A stretch of DNA of 64,000 nucleotides from Terriglobia bacterium. GTDB taxonomy: Bacteria > Acidobacteriota > Terriglobia > JAJPHL01 > JAPKYU01. The translations under genes were made by a program, and so were the position numbers. The stretch is from the NCBI GenBank assembly GCA_965223005.1, contig CBDCVK010000003.1, forward strand, positions 64,001 through 128,000, written 5' to 3'. This document shows positions 61,564 to 64,000 of this stretch, in pieces; within the stretch, counting starts at the first letter, position 1, and every line of letters starts with the position of its first letter. The notes beneath the pieces are model-generated. The model made no database searches, was not told the origin of the DNA, and saw nothing but the letters and a program-made list of their open reading frames with translations.

Positions 61564-61925
61564 GTCATCAAACCCAATGGCGAGCTCTTTGTTGAGCCCT
61601 CGAGAGTAGCACCGACTCTCTGGTTCTGAGTCCCTCAAGGAGATCTCAGCCTGCCAAAGGGCCTCTGGCCGGCCTGGTCAAGTCTCGACCAGGGGCAAGC
61701 TGCGGGGACTGGAGTGGCATTATAGGTTCCATCTGGCAATGAACCAGAAACATTATGATCAGTGGTTGCTCAGGGTAGAGAGCAAGAGCGTTTGTCCGTC
61801 CAGCGGTCGAGGCCCAACTCCCGAAAAACGCCCTTACTGTAGATTGACCACCCACGCAGTTGCGTTGGGTCTTGAAACCTTTCGACTTCAGCCCTAACAT
61901 TTAACAGTTATTCGATCGTGTCGCG

Positions 61926-63740
61926 ATGAGAACAACTGCCACAGGAGCGGCGACAGCGCCCGCAGTAGCGGATGAGACACTGGACCAGGTACTTCGCGCC
62001 CGGGCCCAGGCGACACCTGACCGCGCTCACATCCATCTGCGGCAGGACGACGGCCGGCTGCGCACGATCGGCTACGGCGAACTGCTGAGCGCCGCCTCGG
62101 ATGTAGCCGGCGGACTGCTTGCCCAGGGACTGGAGCAGGCCCAGACCGTGGCCCTGATGCTGCCAACCAGCCCAGACTTCTTCTTCGCGTTTCTGGGAGT
62201 GACTTTGGCCGGAGGCATTCCGGTGCCGATCTACCCGCCGGTGCGGGCCGATCGGATCGAGGAGTACGTGCAGCGGCAAACGAAACTGTTGCGGAACGCG
62301 GAAGCCCGGGTGCTGATCACCGTCCGGGAAGCGCACAACCTGGCGCGTTTGCTCCAGCCAAGCATTCCCAGCCTGCGCAGCGTTACCACGGTGGAGGCGC
62401 TGGCCGCGGCAACAGCCAAGCCGTCCCGGAACGCCTTGCAGCCCGCCGACATCGCTCTCATCCAGTACACCTCCGGCAGCACCGGAGAGCCAAAAGGTGT
62501 GGTGCTGACCCACGCCAACGTCATCAGCAATGTGCGGGCCATCGGCCAGGGCGTCGAGGTGCGTCCGGACGACGTCGGCGTCTGCTGGCTTCCGCTGTAT
62601 CACGACATGGGGCTGATCGGCTGCTGGCTCTTTTGCCTTTATTACGGCCTGCCCGTCGCCGTCACCTCGCCGATCGCTTTCTTGCGCCGGCCGCAACGCT
62701 GGCTGCAGATGATCCATGAGCACCGCGGCACGCTGTCGCCAGCGCCCAACTTCGCTTTTGAGATGTGCGTGCGCAGGGTGGACGACCGGGCGCTGGACGG
62801 ACTCGACCTCAGCTCGTGGCGCGTGGCCCTGAACGGCGCCGAGCCCATCAGCCCCGAGACCCTGGCGCGGTTCACGACCCGCTTTGCCCCGTACGGGTTC
62901 CGGCCGGAAACCATGATGCCGGTGTACGGGCTGGCTGAATGCGCCGTGGCTCTCAGTTTTTCGCCGCTGGGACGTCCGCCGCGTGTGGACGCCATCCAGC
63001 GAGAGCCGTTCGTCCGGCAGCAACGGGCCGTGCCCAGCGATGCCCGCGATCCGGCGCCGCTGCGTTTTGTCTCCGTAGGCCGGCCCTTGCCCGGCCACGA
63101 AGCCCGCATCGTGGACGCCGCCGGCCAACCCGTGCCGGAGAGGGTGGAGGGGCGACTGCAATTCCAGGGACCCTCGGCGATGCGCGGCTACTACCGCAAC
63201 CCGGAAGCAACCCAGGCCATCCTGTGCGATGGCCTGGGTGATGGCTGGCTCGATTCAGGAGACCTGGCCTACCTAGCCGATGGCGAACTGCACATCACCG
63301 GGCGCATCAAGGACGTCATCATTAAGGCCGGCCACAACATCTACCCCCAGGAGCTGGAAGAAGTGGCCAGCGAAGTCAGGGGCGTGCGAAAAGGGTGTGT
63401 TGCTGCCTTTGCCGTCACCGACCCCGAACACGGCACCGAGCGGATTGTGCTGGTGGCCGAGACTCGCGAGACTCGTCCGGGTCCGCGGACCGAGGTGCGC
63501 GCCGAAATCATGCGCCAACTGGCCCGCTTGGGCCATCCGCCCGACAAACTGGTGTTGGTCCCGCCCCAGACCATTCCCAAGACCCCCAGCGGCAAGCTGC
63601 GCCGCGATGCCTGTCGCCGTCTTTATCTGGCTGGTGAACTCACTCGCGCCCGTCGGCCCGCTTGGTGGCAACTGTTGCGCCTGACCCTCAAGGCGTTCGT
63701 TGCCCGGCTGCGCAATTGGCGGAACAGTAGGAAAGCTTGA
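61926..63740 (+). CDS. Fatty acyl-AMP ligase (FAAL)
   Basis: QYTSGSTGEPKGV, WLPLYHDMGLIG, NGAEP, PVYGLAE and PKTPSGK motifs. Confidence 0.9.
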   Translation: MRTTATGAATAPAVADETLDQVLRARAQATPDRAHIHLRQDDGRLRTIGYGELLSAASDVAGGLLAQGLEQAQTVALMLPTSPDFFFAFLGVTLAGGIPVPIYPPVRADRIEEYVQRQTKLLRNAEARVLITVREAHNLARLLQPSIPSLRSVTTVEALAAATAKPSRNALQPADIALIQYTSGSTGEPKGVVLTHANVISNVRAIGQGVEVRPDDVGVCWLPLYHDMGLIGCWLFCLYYGLPVAVTSPIAFLRRPQRWLQMIHEHRGTLSPAPNFAFEMCVRRVDDRALDGLDLSSWRVALNGAEPISPETLARFTTRFAPYGFRPETMMPVYGLAECAVALSFSPLGRPPRVDAIQREPFVRQQRAVPSDARDPAPLRFVSVGRPLPGHEARIVDAAGQPVPERVEGRLQFQGPSAMRGYYRNPEATQAILCDGLGDGWLDSGDLAYLADGELHITGRIKDVIIKAGHNIYPQELEEVASEVRGVRKGCVAAFAVTDPEHGTERIVLVAETRETRPGPRTEVRAEIMRQLARLGHPPDKLVLVPPQTIPKTPSGKLRRDACRRLYLAGELTRARRPAWWQLLRLTLKAFVARLRNWRNSRKA

Positions 63741-63759
63741 TCAGAGCTAGCCAGGCCGC

Positions 63760-64000
63760 TCAGGGGATGCTCTTGGCACAGCGAAAGCCGATTTCCGTAT
63801 CGGTGTAATCGGGGCTGTGCCAGTAGCGGTAGGTGGCGCTCACGTAGCCGGCAGGACTGCGGAACGAGCCGCCGCGCAGAACTTTATAGGGAGTCTTCTC
63901 GGGAGAGGTCGCCGGGCCGTGCGGGTTTTCCGCCGGGCCTTTCGCGTAGTAGTTGTACAGGTACCAGTCCTCGACCCATTCCCAGACGTTACCGGCCATG
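63760..64000 (-). CDS. C-terminus of a formylglycine-generating enzyme (SUMF1/FGE-sulfatase) family protein, truncated by window edge
   Basis: MAGNVWEW, RGGSF and GFRC motifs. Confidence 0.88.
   Translation of the reverse strand, partial: MAGNVWEWVEDWYLYNYYAKGPAENPHGPATSPEKTPYKVLRGGSFRSPAGYVSATYRYWHSPDYTDTEIGFRCAKSIP

Overview
GC-rich bacterial chromosomal segment, very likely Acidobacteriota (TIGR03437-type C-terminal domain, acidobacterial-type Pal, OmpA and TonB-dependent receptor). Mostly housekeeping and envelope genes: recN, a complete tolQRAB-pal-cpoB cluster, ssb, iscS-mnmA, thyA-folA, rpmE, an S41 protease, hemH, a variant cytochrome c maturation operon (CxxxY-type CcmE), frdA/frdBCD split by an M28 peptidase gene, and queC/queE. 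Accessory genes include a LarA-like/DUF1537 kinase/PdxA sugar-acid cluster, PhoD, an ArsM-like methyltransferase, a Tat sialidase and an SSS transporter. No tRNA, rRNA, CRISPR array or intact transposase was seen. The most notable signal is missing from the ORF track: a 16-codon ORF with 7 Cys (MCQCPCSVPCPCDDCC) behind a perfect AAGGAGG RBS, overlapping the 3' end of a Cys-rich ArsR repressor gene that has a palindromic operator. It is a candidate ultra-small metallothionein module. Other signals are collapsed attC-like (integron cassette) sites at the left edge, a gene interrupted by one in-frame TAG, an O-antigen-ligase/TPR/TIGR03437 fusion, and pervasive ~12-bp micro-duplications. All calls come from motif recognition by eye; no database searches were run.
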